From assembly GCA_034521595.1 (NCBI GenBank), contig JAXHMG010000003.1, forward strand, positions 96,001 through 160,000: a stretch of 64,000 bases of DNA, written 5' to 3'. The notes under the pieces were generated by a model. The model did no database searches. It had not been told where the DNA came from and saw only the letters and a list, made by a program, of their open reading frames with translations. Positions within the stretch are counted from its first letter, which is position 1, and each line of letters starts with the position of its first letter. Made by a program: the position numbers and the translations under genes. Origin of the DNA: Gemmatimonadota bacterium (GTDB lineage Bacteria; Gemmatimonadota; Gemmatimonadetes; Longimicrobiales; Gaopeijiaceae). This document shows, in pieces, positions 49,567 through 60,269 of the stretch.

Positions 49567-52077
49567 ATGAATCCATCTTCGACCTCTTTCCGTGTCCTCA
49601 AGTTCGGCGGCAGCTCCGTTGCTGATGCCGACCGCATCCGCAACGTCGTGGATATCGTACGCGCCGAGTCCGCCGAGGCCCCCGACACTCGCTTCGTGAC
49701 GGTGGTATCCGCGCTCGGAGGCGTGACCGAAGCTTTGGCCGGGGCTGCCCGCTCGGCCGTGGACGGTGGCGGGAACCACGAGGCAGCGCTCGACGTGGTG
49801 GCAGATCGTCACGAAGCCGTTCTCGAGGCGCTGGCTCCGCCGGCCGAACGCGACGAGCTCCGGGCTGTCATCGCCGAATGGACCAACCGGACACGCGAAG
49901 TTCTGAGCGGGATATCGCTCGTCAACGAGTACACGCCACGGATGCTCGACCGTGTGCTCGCCTTGGGCGAGCGTGTGGCGAGCGAGTTGGTCGCCGCGGC
50001 CTTCCGGAAGGCGGGGCTGCCCGCGGTAGCGTTGGACGCGCGCGATCTACTCGTCACGGACGACCATTTCGGCCAGGCTCAGGTGGATCTGGCTCGTTCC
50101 ACGCCCCGCGTTCGCGAGGGCATCGCGGAAACGGCGGAGCTCGTCGTGTTGCCCGGGTTCATCGCCGCCACGGAGGGCGGAGAGACGACGACCCTGGGCC
50201 GGGGTGGATCCGACTTCACGGCTTCTCTGGTCGGCGTGATGCTCGGAGCGGATCGCGTGGAGATCTGGACGGACGTCGACGGTGTGATGAGCGCCGACCC
50301 GCGCCTCGTGCCGGAGGCTTTTTCCCTCGAGGCGCTGAGCTATCAGGAGCTTCTCGAGCTCTCCCATTTCGGTGCCAAGGTCATCTACGCGCCGTCGGTG
50401 CACCCGGCTAGGGAGCACGGGATCCCCCTTTTGATCCGGAACAGCCGTCGCCCCGAGTTTCCGGGTACCTGGGTGGGCTCGCCCGACGTACCCGTCGACG
50501 ACCGGCCCGTACGAGGCATCTCGTCCATCCAGCGGGTGGCACTGATCCGGCTCGAGGGTGACGGCATGGTCGGTGTCCCGGGGGTCGCCGGTCGACTCTT
50601 CCATGCCCTCGCGGCTCGTGGTGTCAGCGTGATCCTGATCAGCCAGGCCTCGAGTGAGCACTCGATCTGCTTCGCCGTCGAACCGGGCGACCTGCCGGTG
50701 GCGCGGCGAGCGGTCGAGGAGGAGTTCGCGCTGGAGCGAAGGGTCGGACTCGTCGACGATCTGGCGGTGGACGAGGACCGGGCCGTCATCGCGGCGGTGG
50801 GTGAGGGTATGCGGGACACGCCCGGAATCGCCGGTCGCCTCTTTTCGATCCTGGGGGACATGGGCGTCAACGTTCACGCCATCGCGCAGGGTTCGTCCGA
50901 GTTGAACATTTCGTTGGTCGTGGAGCGCGACGACGTGGGGAGGGCCCTCCGTGGGCTCCATACAGCCTTCTTTCCAACCCCGAGAACGGAGGCCCGTCTC
51001 TACCTCGCGGGTGTCGGTGGGGTCGGGCGGGCGCTTCTCATGCAGCTGGACCGGATGGCGGGGCGTCTCGAGGAAGAGCGAGGCATCGCGCTTCGCCTCG
51101 CGGGCGTCGCGAACTCGAGCCGGAGCTTGCGGTCTCTCGATGGGATCCCGTTCGCGGAGGCCGTGGACCGACTCGCCGAATCGAGCGCTCCCGCGACGGC
51201 CCTCGTCGACGCGGCCCGCTCCGACCGTGCTGCCCTCCGCGTGTTCGTCGATTGCACGGCGGACGCCAACCTGCCGAACGCCTACCGTGACCTCCTCGAC
51301 GCCGGCGTCTCGGTGGTAGCGGCCAACAAGCGGGGCTTCTCGGGCACGCAGGCCGACTATCGACGCATTCGGGAGCTTCGCCCCGGCCGCGCACGGGCGT
51401 TTCTGGAAACCACGGTCGGCGCCGCCCTGCCCGTGCTCTCGACCCTCGAAGACCTACGTGCCACCGGGGACCGCATCGTCGCCATCGAAGGCGTTCTCTC
51501 CGGCACCCTCTCCTTTCTCTTCAACGAGATCATGACTGGTCGGCGCTTCAGCGAGGTCGTCCGTGAAGCGAGGGACCGCGGGTACACCGAGCCCGATCCC
51601 CGGGACGATCTCTCCGGTCAGGACGTGCTCCGCAAGCTCGTGATTCTCGCCCGGGAATCGGGATGGGAGATCGAGCCCGAAGAGGTGCGGCTCGAGCCTA
51701 TCTTGCCTGGAGAAGGCTGGGACGAGGGGTCGGTGGAAACATTCATGGAGCGGTTGCCGGAGGTAGACGGCTACTTCGAGGACATGCGTGAGAAGGCGCT
51801 CGATGAAGGCCGCCGGTTGTGCCATCTCGGCGCGGTGGGCGAAGATGCCGCCAGGGTCTGGGTTGGCGACGTGGGATCGGACCATCCGTGCTACGGGCTC
51901 CGAGGGGCGGACAACCTCATCGCCCTCCGCACACGGCGGTATCCCGATCCGCTCGTCGTCCGGGGTCCCGGCGCGGGGCACGACGTGACGGCCGCCGGTG
52001 TATTCGCGGATTGCGTGCGGGCGACTCTTGCGCGTCCGTCCGGTCGATGGATCGTGGACGTCGACGACGACGGTTGA
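49567..52077 (+). CDS. thrA: Bifunctional aspartokinase/homoserine dehydrogenase
   Basis: LKFGGSS, TLGRGGSD, WTDVDG, two ACT domains, GVGGVG, VAANK, TEPDPRDDLSG, GPGAG..VTA. Confidence 0.92.
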   Translation: MNPSSTSFRVLKFGGSSVADADRIRNVVDIVRAESAEAPDTRFVTVVSALGGVTEALAGAARSAVDGGGNHEAALDVVADRHEAVLEALAPPAERDELRAVIAEWTNRTREVLSGISLVNEYTPRMLDRVLALGERVASELVAAAFRKAGLPAVALDARDLLVTDDHFGQAQVDLARSTPRVREGIAETAELVVLPGFIAATEGGETTTLGRGGSDFTASLVGVMLGADRVEIWTDVDGVMSADPRLVPEAFSLEALSYQELLELSHFGAKVIYAPSVHPAREHGIPLLIRNSRRPEFPGTWVGSPDVPVDDRPVRGISSIQRVALIRLEGDGMVGVPGVAGRLFHALAARGVSVILISQASSEHSICFAVEPGDLPVARRAVEEEFALERRVGLVDDLAVDEDRAVIAAVGEGMRDTPGIAGRLFSILGDMGVNVHAIAQGSSELNISLVVERDDVGRALRGLHTAFFPTPRTEARLYLAGVGGVGRALLMQLDRMAGRLEEERGIALRLAGVANSSRSLRSLDGIPFAEAVDRLAESSAPATALVDAARSDRAALRVFVDCTADANLPNAYRDLLDAGVSVVAANKRGFSGTQADYRRIRELRPGRARAFLETTVGAALPVLSTLEDLRATGDRIVAIEGVLSGTLSFLFNEIMTGRRFSEVVREARDRGYTEPDPRDDLSGQDVLRKLVILARESGWEIEPEEVRLEPILPGEGWDEGSVETFMERLPEVDGYFEDMREKALDEGRRLCHLGAVGEDAARVWVGDVGSDHPCYGLRGADNLIALRTRRYPDPLVVRGPGAGHDVTAAGVFADCVRATLARPSGRWIVDVDDDG

Positions 52078-52116
52078 CGTCTGGCGCGTGCTGCTGACAG
52101 GAACGGGAGGAGTGCA

Positions 52117-52662
52117 ATGCGATCCGGCTGCCGACACGACCTCGGTCTGATTCCAGGGCCGCCCGGGCTCGTTTTCCTCGCCCTGGTTTTGACCCTGGTG
52201 CCCGCCGGGTGCTCGGATCCCGAGCCTCGAAGTCTCGATTCCCTGGTCGAGCGGGACGGCAGGTATCTGGACCCGGACGGGTTCCAACCGTACAGCGGGC
52301 CCGTAGTGTCGATGTATCCTGATGAGCCGGACGCGGTGGAGATGACGGCTCGACTCCGGGATGGTGTGTTCGATGGGCCGTACGAGCGGTTCTACCGGGA
52401 TGGCTCGCTCTTCGGGCACGGCCGATATCGAGACGGGGTCTGGCACGGTCCTTTCGAATCCTTCTACGAGGACGGAAGCCCGTGGATGCGGGGTCGCTAC
52501 GAGGACGGCGTGCTCGACGGGCCGTACGTGGCATACTCCGAAGACGGATCGGTCGAGGAGGAGGGCACGTATGCTGACGGCGAGCCCTGCGGCCTCTGGG
52601 AGCGGGACGGGCGTGAGGAGAGCCACCCTCCGTGCCCCACGGACACGGACCCGGACGGCTGA
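52117..52662 (+). CDS. MORN2-repeat (YwqK-like) lipoprotein
   Basis: Repeats of G.YRDGV.HGP...FYEDGS; lipobox PAGC. Confidence 0.75.
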   Translation: MRSGCRHDLGLIPGPPGLVFLALVLTLVPAGCSDPEPRSLDSLVERDGRYLDPDGFQPYSGPVVSMYPDEPDAVEMTARLRDGVFDGPYERFYRDGSLFGHGRYRDGVWHGPFESFYEDGSPWMRGRYEDGVLDGPYVAYSEDGSVEEEGTYADGEPCGLWERDGREESHPPCPTDTDPDG

Positions 52663-52680
52663 CGCGGATGCCGGGGGCTA

Positions 52681-55104
52681 TCAGACCCCTTCCGACATCA
52701 CGACGGTGAGCCGGTCCCGAGCACGCACTAGCGCGTCGACGAGATCCGGTGAGAACGCGGTTCCGGCATCGCCGCGCAAGCGGGCCTCGGCTTCAGCATA
52801 GGTCATGCTCGACTTGTACGGCCGGGTGTGGGTGAGCGCGTCCAGCGCGTCCACGACGGCCACGATCTGCCCTTCGGTCGGGATATCGGAGCCGGACAGG
52901 CCGTTGGGGTACCCTTGTCCGTCCCACCGCTCGTGGTGCGTGAGCGCGATGACACGCGCGTTCTCGATGATCGCGCTGGTGCTTTCGGTGAGCAGATGCT
53001 CCCCGATCGTGGTGTGGCTTTCCATCACGTCCCGTTCTTCGACGGTGAGCGGGCCCCGTTTCAGCAGGATCGAATCCGGAATGGCGATCTTGCCGACATC
53101 GTGCAGGGGCGCCGCCCGCCTCAAGACGTCGCACTGGCTCGGATTCAACCCGACCGCCTCGGCCAAAATCGCCGCTCCGGCGCCCACGCGCTCGGCGTGC
53201 TTTCCCGTCACGTCGTCCCGATACTCTGCCGCCTGCGCCAGTCGAAAGAGGATCTCGTCCTTCGCTCGTTCCAGTTCCCGTGTGCGGCTCCACACCCGGT
53301 GCTCGAGAAGGTGGTTCATCTCCTTCATCTGGAGGTGAAGGCGTCGGGTTTCCAAAAGGTTCAGGGCACGGGCGCCCAGCTCCGAGACGTCGAACGGTTT
53401 GTTCAGGAAGTCCTTCGCGCCCATGCTGAGGGCGCGCTGACGGAGCTCCCACTGCTTGTCTCCCGTCACCACGAGAACCGGAAGAAAGACGTCGGAGTCG
53501 ACGTGCCCGCGCAATGCCTCGAGGACCTCGAAGCCGTCCATTCCGGGCATGTGGAGGTCCAGGATGAGCAGGTCCGGGTGCTCTGATACGATGGCTTCCA
53601 GAGCGCTCTCTCCGTCCTCGGCGGTCACGATTCGCTTGAAGCCGATGTCCTCGAGCGTCCGCTGGAGCGCGACACGGTTGGAGCGCTCGTCGTCGACGAC
53701 CAGGACATGCCCTTCCGTGAGCGGTGTGTCCTCGCCTTTCAGCCGTGAAGCGTCCGGCGAGATCGAGCCACCGCGCTCGATACCCTGCACGATGGGACGC
53801 GTGAGGAGTCCGGAGAGCACGGGGAGCAACCGGTCTCCAGCGGGTGGCCAACCCACGATGGTCACGTCCCGCTCGCGCGCGGAGTCCGGAAGCTCCGTTT
53901 CGTCTCGGACGAAAAGCACCCGGGGAACTTCGTCGCCGACCACGAGCTCCAGCGAGGACAGGATGCGGTTGAATTCCGCGTGGTCCGTGGCCGCGCTGAC
54001 GACCACCGAAATCGGCCCCTGACCACGATCCATCTGGATCGGGATGTCGTCCGGCGCAGCGAACTCCTCGACACGGAGGCCGTTGAGCTCGAGCACTCTC
54101 CGCACTGATTTCCGCTCGGCGGGATCGGGCAGCACCACCAAGCTCCTCCCCGAAGGTGCAAGCTGAGCGTTTTCCTGCGGGGCGGCGCCGTCCGTTTCGG
54201 GCTCGGGCCTGCTCACCGCGTAGCCTTGATCGTCACCCGCTACTTCGATCCGGTCCCGACCCGACTCTTTCGCTTGGTAAAGCGCTCCGTCGGCCGCTTC
54301 GAGGAGCTCGCGGGCGTGTCGCGCGCCGCTGAGCTCGGCGACACCCGCGCTCGCGGTGATGGGCTGCCACCGAAGGTCGAGCGTCGAAAGGGCCGAGCGT
54401 GTCCGTTCGGCGAAGTCGATGGCCTCCTCGAGCGGCGTGTGCGGGAGGATGGCCAGGAATTCCTCTCCGCCGATTCTGGCGAAGAGCCATCGGTCGTCGG
54501 CGTCGGCGCGGATAATGCCCGCGAACGCGCGTAGCACGTCGTCACCGGCGGCGTGCCCGTGGGTGTCGTTGAGCCACTTGAAGTGGTCGAGGTCGAAGAT
54601 GACCACGGCGAGCGGGGCGTTGCTCGAGCGGCTCGCTCCGATCGCAGCATCCAGGAAGATTTCGGCATGGCGGCGATTCGGAAGCCCCGTCAGCGTATCC
54701 GTCAACGCCTGCTCGCGCGCCGCGCGTCGCTCCCGGTGGAGCAGCTCCGTCACGAGGCCGAGCCCGAAGCTCACCGCGAGGTATCCACCCACGAGCAGCA
54801 CCGTCATGCCCGGGCTGGGGAGCGGAAGGCCCCGGAGGTTCAGGACCACGGTGGAAAGGGCGATGAGGGCCATCCCTGCCGCGAGGGCGGCCGCGCTTCC
54901 CGACCATCCTCGGTAATACGAGAGGAGGAATCCGGGGATCAGCGCCGAGATCCACACGAGTAGCCCCAACTCTTCTCCGGTGACGTCGGGCACGAGGCCC
55001 ACGCTGACCAGAGGTACGAGAAGGGCGGCGATGGACATCGCCAGCGCGCGTGGCGGAACGGAGCGCTCCCGCGACTCCCCCGCGCCGTCGGGTAGCATCT
55101 TCAC
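52681..55104 (-). CDS. Membrane-anchored GGDEF + pseudo-REC + REC + HD-GYP c-di-GMP enzyme
   Basis: ~4 TM; TDTLTGLPNRR, DLDHFK..ND..GH..GD, RIGGEEF; VLVVDDE/DLHMPGMDG/KPF; LHDVGK, HHERWDGQGYP. Confidence 0.9.
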   Translation of the reverse strand: MKMLPDGAGESRERSVPPRALAMSIAALLVPLVSVGLVPDVTGEELGLLVWISALIPGFLLSYYRGWSGSAAALAAGMALIALSTVVLNLRGLPLPSPGMTVLLVGGYLAVSFGLGLVTELLHRERRAAREQALTDTLTGLPNRRHAEIFLDAAIGASRSSNAPLAVVIFDLDHFKWLNDTHGHAAGDDVLRAFAGIIRADADDRWLFARIGGEEFLAILPHTPLEEAIDFAERTRSALSTLDLRWQPITASAGVAELSGARHARELLEAADGALYQAKESGRDRIEVAGDDQGYAVSRPEPETDGAAPQENAQLAPSGRSLVVLPDPAERKSVRRVLELNGLRVEEFAAPDDIPIQMDRGQGPISVVVSAATDHAEFNRILSSLELVVGDEVPRVLFVRDETELPDSARERDVTIVGWPPAGDRLLPVLSGLLTRPIVQGIERGGSISPDASRLKGEDTPLTEGHVLVVDDERSNRVALQRTLEDIGFKRIVTAEDGESALEAIVSEHPDLLILDLHMPGMDGFEVLEALRGHVDSDVFLPVLVVTGDKQWELRQRALSMGAKDFLNKPFDVSELGARALNLLETRRLHLQMKEMNHLLEHRVWSRTRELERAKDEILFRLAQAAEYRDDVTGKHAERVGAGAAILAEAVGLNPSQCDVLRRAAPLHDVGKIAIPDSILLKRGPLTVEERDVMESHTTIGEHLLTESTSAIIENARVIALTHHERWDGQGYPNGLSGSDIPTEGQIVAVVDALDALTHTRPYKSSMTYAEAEARLRGDAGTAFSPDLVDALVRARDRLTVVMSEGV

Positions 55105-55147
55105 GAGTCGGTGGTCTCCGGTGTCGACATGGGGCGTCGCGCCCGGC

Positions 55148-56665
55148 TCAGGAGGTGCGGGATCCGGTGACCTGCCGTACGGCGGCGCGTATGGATCCGA
55201 GGTCGGTCGGCTTGGGCAGCTCGAGCACGCCCGGGGCGTCGGGAGAGATGACTCGGGGACTTGCTCGGCGTCTCAAGAGCACCACGGGGACGCCGGGTTC
55301 GAGCTCCCGGAGGGCCCCCAACAGCGTCTTGCCGGCGCCCCGGTGAGCGGGTACGTCCGCGACCACTGCGTCGAGGTTGGCGTCCCCGCGCGGGAGCTCG
55401 TCGACCGAGGCCGCGGCGGTGATCCGGGTGTGCGGTCCGCCCAATCCACGCGCCAGCGCTCCGCGTGTCGCGTCCGTGGGTTCCACGATGGCCATGTGTA
55501 TCGGCTCGTTCCCGTCTCGGCCGTGCGTGCGCGAAGGGCTCTCGTCCGATTCGCCCAGGCGCCCCTCGTCATCCGTCGGTCCAGCAGGAAGGGTGATCCG
55601 GACGGTGGTGCCTTCGCTCCCCTCCCGGTCGAGCTCGATCGAGCCGCCGAGAGTCGTCAGGATTCCGTGTACCGTCGCCAGACCCAGGCCCGATCCGGTA
55701 TCGGAAGGCTTGGACGAGAAAAACGGTTCGAGCGCACGCTCGATGGGTGGCACGACGTCCTCCGTGCCCGTGTCGTGCACTTCGAGCACCGCTGCGTCGC
55801 GCGAGCCATCTCCCGCGTTAGCGCGTCGGGTCGTCACGGTCAACGTGCCGCCTTCCGGCATCGCGTCACGTGCGTTGGCGACCAGCGCGATCAACATCTC
55901 CTCGATCCGGATCGGAGGGGCGGGCACGAGGGGACAGTCAGCCTCGAGCTCCGTGACCAGCGTCACGGTCTCGCCGAGGAAGCGGCGGAGGAGCTTTTCG
56001 AATCCGCGCACGACCTCCGAGACGGACGACTCGCTTTCGCCACCCGCGTGCCCTCCCGCGAATAGATCCAGCTTCCGGGTGATGGTCGCGCTGTCGAGCC
56101 CCGCTTGCTTGATCTCGGCCAAGTCCTCGGCGTCCTGGGAGTCGGGGGCCGCATCGCCGAGAAGGAGGTCGGAGAACGTCGTCACCGTGGACAGCCGATT
56201 GTTCAAATCGTGGGCGATGCCGCTCGTGAGCTGACCCACGATCTCGTACCGGCGGGCGCGCAGGACACGGGCTTCACGTTCCAGCTCCGCCGCCGCCGGC
56301 CGTCCCCACAGGACGAAACGGGCCTCCTCCGAGCCGTCATCGACCGGAACAACGTAAGCGAGCAGGGTCCGGTCGGGATTCGTGGGTTCATCGCCGGCGC
56401 GCAACAGGACGGGATCCGCGCCGTCGGACCCGTGGCTCAACTTCTCCCGCAGGTCGCGGATATCCTCCGGAAGCAGGGCCCGCTCCAAGCTCGTGCCCGG
56501 GGAGAGCGTGCTCGACCCCAACGCGGCGCGCGCGGCGGGATTGGCTTCCACCACGGAGAGCGCCCCGTCGATGACCACGATAGCGAGCTGATCGGACTCG
56601 GCGAGGGCGCGTCCCAGGGCTGTCGCGAATTCCGGCGATGTGAGGTTTCCGGGGGTGGTAGTCAC
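55148..56665 (-). CDS. PAS-containing hybrid sensor histidine kinase with a degenerate C-terminal REC
   Basis: GIAHDLNN H-box, NARDAM, DTG, PFFSSK, GSGLGL; AAGGAG RBS before GTG. Confidence 0.85.
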   Translation of the reverse strand: MTTTPGNLTSPEFATALGRALAESDQLAIVVIDGALSVVEANPAARAALGSSTLSPGTSLERALLPEDIRDLREKLSHGSDGADPVLLRAGDEPTNPDRTLLAYVVPVDDGSEEARFVLWGRPAAAELEREARVLRARRYEIVGQLTSGIAHDLNNRLSTVTTFSDLLLGDAAPDSQDAEDLAEIKQAGLDSATITRKLDLFAGGHAGGESESSVSEVVRGFEKLLRRFLGETVTLVTELEADCPLVPAPPIRIEEMLIALVANARDAMPEGGTLTVTTRRANAGDGSRDAAVLEVHDTGTEDVVPPIERALEPFFSSKPSDTGSGLGLATVHGILTTLGGSIELDREGSEGTTVRITLPAGPTDDEGRLGESDESPSRTHGRDGNEPIHMAIVEPTDATRGALARGLGGPHTRITAAASVDELPRGDANLDAVVADVPAHRGAGKTLLGALRELEPGVPVVLLRRRASPRVISPDAPGVLELPKPTDLGSIRAAVRQVTGSRTS

Positions 56666-56831
56666 GTCCGGACACTCCTTGAGTGGCGCGGTGAGGAAGA
56701 CGGCGGATGGCGTCGAAGCGACAAGGTATCGGGGGAGCGCCACGGAATCGACACCCGGCGTGGCGCGATCCCCGACTTCATGGGTAGTTTGGGGCCTTGT
56801 GACGCATTCCGGAGATTCTGGGGTGAAGCCG

Positions 56832-57206
56832 ATGGCTAAGATTCTGATCATCGACGACGAAGCGCACGTTCGAGCCGCGCTCGGGCGCGTCCTGAGGTCC
56901 GACGGTCATGAAGTGCTCGAAGCGTCGAATGGTGCGGAAGCCACGGCGATCGTCGAAGGAGAGGAAGTGAACCTCGTGTTCACCGACATCTTCATGCCGG
57001 AGATGGACGGAATCGAGTTCCTGTTGTGGGTGGTCGAGCGCTTTCCCGATCGCGCGGTGGTCGCCATGTCGGGCGGGGGAGCCATGCCGATGGACTCGGC
57101 TCTGGGCGACGCGCGAGCGTTGGGGGCGGTCGACATCGTGGAGAAGCCGCTGGACCCGGCGCGAGTTCGGCAGGTGGTCCGAGAGGCGTTGGGGAGCGAC
57201 GCATAG
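56832..57206 (+). CDS. Single-domain response regulator
   Basis: ILIIDDE, TDIFMPEMDG, MSGGG, EKP. Confidence 0.9.
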   Translation: MAKILIIDDEAHVRAALGRVLRSDGHEVLEASNGAEATAIVEGEEVNLVFTDIFMPEMDGIEFLLWVVERFPDRAVVAMSGGGAMPMDSALGDARALGAVDIVEKPLDPARVRQVVREALGSDA

Positions 57207-57238
57207 CGTGCAACGGCCCTCATCTCTTCGGCCGGCGC

Positions 57239-59194
57239 TTATCGAGAGTCCGCCATCGCCTCGGGCGGGCCGAGCGCTTCGTGGATCGCCTGGAGCAGGG
57301 TTTCACGGCTCCAGGGTTTCGTGATGGTGCGAATCCCTTCGGAGCGCAGCTCCTCGACGGACTCCGCCCCGTAACCCGTCACGAGCACGAACGGGCAGCT
57401 CGCTCCTTCGTCGCGCAGCCCCGCGAGCACTTCCCGTCCTCCGAGCTTCGGCATGACGAGGTCCGAGATGACGAGGGCCACTTCATTACGATTGCGGCGG
57501 TAGGTTTCGAGCCCGTCTCTCCCGTCGCCGGCGAGAAGCACCCCGTACCCGGCTGAGCTCAGCACGCGCTTCATGCCGCGACGGAGCGCCGGCTCGTCCT
57601 CGATGACCAGGATCGTCTCGCCACGCCCGCCGGCCTCAGGTCGCGACCGCTGCACGTTGAGCGCACCCTTCGTGTCGGCCGGATGCCCCACGTCGGCTGC
57701 GCTCGGGAAGAACAGCTCCACTCGCGTGCCTTCCCCAGGCTCGGAGTACACATGAACGAGTCCACGATGCTGTTTCATGAGACCGTAGACCATGGCCATA
57801 CCGAGGCCGGTGCCGGTCTCGGGCCCCTTTGTCGTGAAGAAAGGCTCGAAGATGCGTGAGCGGGTCTCTTCTTGCATCCCGCCCCCCGTATCCGTGAGGC
57901 TGACACGTTCGTACCGCCCGGGACGGACCCACGGATGGCGGGCCCTGTGGGTCTCGCCGAGCGTGACCGGACAAACCTCGACCGAGAAGGTCCCCCCGTC
58001 GGGCATGGCGTCCCGGGCATTGGCCACGACGTTGAGGAAGATCTGCTGCAACGCGGCCGGATCGGCCCGAATCGTCCCCGTTTCTTCGGCGACCGTCGCG
58101 TCGAACCGGATCTTGTCCGTGAGCATTCTTCGCATGAGCGCGAGAGCGTCGTCCGTGAATTTTCCCAGATCGAGGCTCTCGAACCGGAGGTAGCCTCTAC
58201 GGCTGAAGCCCAGCAGTCGGCGCACCATGCCGGCTGCCCGTCGGGCCGAAAGGTCGATCTCGCGGAGCTCGTGGTGGGCATCGACGAACTCCGCCGGCAC
58301 CATCTCTCGCAGCGCGTCCGTTCCGTTGAGGATGACCGCGAGCACATTGTTGAAGTCGTGCGAGATCCCGCCGGTCAGCTTGCCGAGCGCTTCCATCTTC
58401 TGGGATTGTCGGACGCGCTCTTCCAGAAGCCGGTGCTCGGTCACGTCACGGAGCACCACGAGGTGCGCGGGGGTCGCCTCCCATTCGATGGGCGACGCCC
58501 GCATCTCCAGCTTGGTGCGCGTGCCGTCACGGAGGGGACCGTCGAGCTCGACGGTCTCCTCTCCGGCTGCGAGCACGGGCGTTCCGAGGCGGGTTCCCGC
58601 GAGCGATCCGGCTTCCGGGGCGATCAGGGTGCGAGCGCTCTCGTTCGCGAACCGTACGATCCCGGTCGCGTCCAGAATGAGCATGCCGTCCGTGTTTGCC
58701 TCGACGACCGTGCGCAGCTGTCGCTCGGCGCGCTCGACGTCCGCCGTTCGTCGGCGGGCCTCCGACCAGAGGCGCCGCCGCTCCCGCGCGTGACGGATGG
58801 CTTGGTCGAGTGCACGTGTGTCGTAGGCGCCTTTGACGAGGTAATCGTCGGCCCCCTCGTGGAGGCTTGCAATGGCCGCTGCGGACTCGGTGCCGGCGGA
58901 GATGACGATGAGGGGCATGTCGGGCGCTTGCTTCCGGAGCGTGCGTACGGTGGCGGCGCCGGAGCTGTCGGGTAGCCCCAGGTCCACGATGGCCAGGTCG
59001 GCAGGCTCGGTGCTCAGGAGCGCGAGAGCGGCGCCCAGGCTTTCGACGCGGAGGAGGACACGGGATGGAATCCCGACGCTCTCGAGCGCGTGTTCGAGGA
59101 CCACGGCGTCGGAGGGCTCGTCCTCGACCAGGAGAACACGCTGGTATGTGCCCGCGTCGGCTCTGTCCGGCTCGGGAAGGGACCCGTCAGGCAT
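57239..59194 (-). CDS. Hybrid kinase REC-PAS-HisKA-HATPase-REC
   Basis: [53 protein letters not shown]-terminal REC DLVMP/KPW. Confidence 0.9.
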   Translation of the reverse strand: MPDGSLPEPDRADAGTYQRVLLVEDEPSDAVVLEHALESVGIPSRVLLRVESLGAALALLSTEPADLAIVDLGLPDSSGAATVRTLRKQAPDMPLIVISAGTESAAAIASLHEGADDYLVKGAYDTRALDQAIRHARERRRLWSEARRRTADVERAERQLRTVVEANTDGMLILDATGIVRFANESARTLIAPEAGSLAGTRLGTPVLAAGEETVELDGPLRDGTRTKLEMRASPIEWEATPAHLVVLRDVTEHRLLEERVRQSQKMEALGKLTGGISHDFNNVLAVILNGTDALREMVPAEFVDAHHELREIDLSARRAAGMVRRLLGFSRRGYLRFESLDLGKFTDDALALMRRMLTDKIRFDATVAEETGTIRADPAALQQIFLNVVANARDAMPDGGTFSVEVCPVTLGETHRARHPWVRPGRYERVSLTDTGGGMQEETRSRIFEPFFTTKGPETGTGLGMAMVYGLMKQHRGLVHVYSEPGEGTRVELFFPSAADVGHPADTKGALNVQRSRPEAGGRGETILVIEDEPALRRGMKRVLSSAGYGVLLAGDGRDGLETYRRNRNEVALVISDLVMPKLGGREVLAGLRDEGASCPFVLVTGYGAESVEELRSEGIRTITKPWSRETLLQAIHEALGPPEAMADSR

Positions 59195-59477
59195 CCGACG
59201 TCCGCAAGGCTCGTGCGAGGGCGTCGGTGTCGGCGAACGCCCCGACCCACGACCGCTCGGGTTCCGGATGCCGGCGTATCAGGGTGGGCGTCAACGCCAC
59301 GCGTTCGCGTCGGGCGGCTTCTTCGTCCTCCAGCCGGTCCACCACTTCGATCCGGCAGGCTTCGCCGTAGACCTGTGCGCAGGCGGACCGCACGCAGTCT
59401 GCGGCGGTCTCGGACCGCGGTCCGGGTCCCGTCACCAAAAGGAGGAACGACGGAGGAACGTCAGTCAATGGGCGCAC
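59187..59477 (-). CDS. kaiB: KaiB-like (thioredoxin-fold) protein
   Basis: LLVTG..PRS..A, IEVVD.LE....A....V..TPTLIR..P.P.R..VG...D matches the KaiB pattern; overlaps the kinase start by 8 nt. Confidence 0.75.
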   Translation of the reverse strand: MRPLTDVPPSFLLLVTGPGPRSETAADCVRSACAQVYGEACRIEVVDRLEDEEAARRERVALTPTLIRRHPEPERSWVGAFADTDALARALRTSDA

Positions 59478-59804
59478 CGCGGACGAGAGCGGGGTCCGCG
59501 TGGTCGGTTTGTGCGCAGGTCATACCTGCCCCGGTTCGCGTGGTGCTCGGAAGGCCGGACGGGAGACCCGTCACGCTGAAAGGGGGGGTGATCGAAACCA
59601 AGCTAAGAGGGGAGGCGGTTCCCTCACAAGCGGGTGCTCGCGGGGTTCCCAATGGCTCGGTGCGCCCGCCTCGAGCGCACGCGTGCGGCTCGGGGTGGCG
59701 AGTCGGGTTGGAAGTCGGCATGTTGGGCTCGGTTCCGGCGTTGCCCGAGGGGGTCGCGTCGGGCCGCCCGCCGGATGGGTGAGTCTCGACGCGTGGAGAA
59801 CGAA

Positions 59805-60179
59805 GTGGCGCGAATCCTGATCATCGATGACGACAACGAAGCGCGGGCGGGATTGCGGCGCTTGCTGGAGTCGGAAGGGCACGATGTCGAGGAGGCCTCG
59901 GACGGCTCACAGGCGCTTCGACGCTTCGCGGGTAGCCCGGCCGACGTGGTGTTCACCGACATCTTCATGCCACGCATGGACGGGCTGGAGTTCGTGATGC
60001 GCCTTCGTGAGACCTTCCCCGAGGCGCCGATCGTGGCCATGAGCGGTGGTGGTCACCTGGAGGCGGAGCCGGTGCTCCACGCCGCCGATGCGCTCGGTGT
60101 CGTGCGCTCGCTCGCCAAACCCCTGACCCGGGACGCCGTGCGGGAGGCCCTGGAGGTAGCGCTCGACGCGCTCGACTGA
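59805..60179 (+). CDS. Single-domain response regulator (paralogue of 56832-57206)
   Basis: ILIIDDD, TDIFMPRMDG, MSGGG, AKP; GGAG RBS. Confidence 0.88.
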   Translation: MARILIIDDDNEARAGLRRLLESEGHDVEEASDGSQALRRFAGSPADVVFTDIFMPRMDGLEFVMRLRETFPEAPIVAMSGGGHLEAEPVLHAADALGVVRSLAKPLTRDAVREALEVALDALD

Positions 60180-60269
60180 GCGGGGGGCACCGTGAGGCGC
60201 CCGGGATGGCGTGAGCGAGGGCGACGTGTTCCTTTAGCAGCCGCGTTCCACCCTGCGACCGAGGATCCC

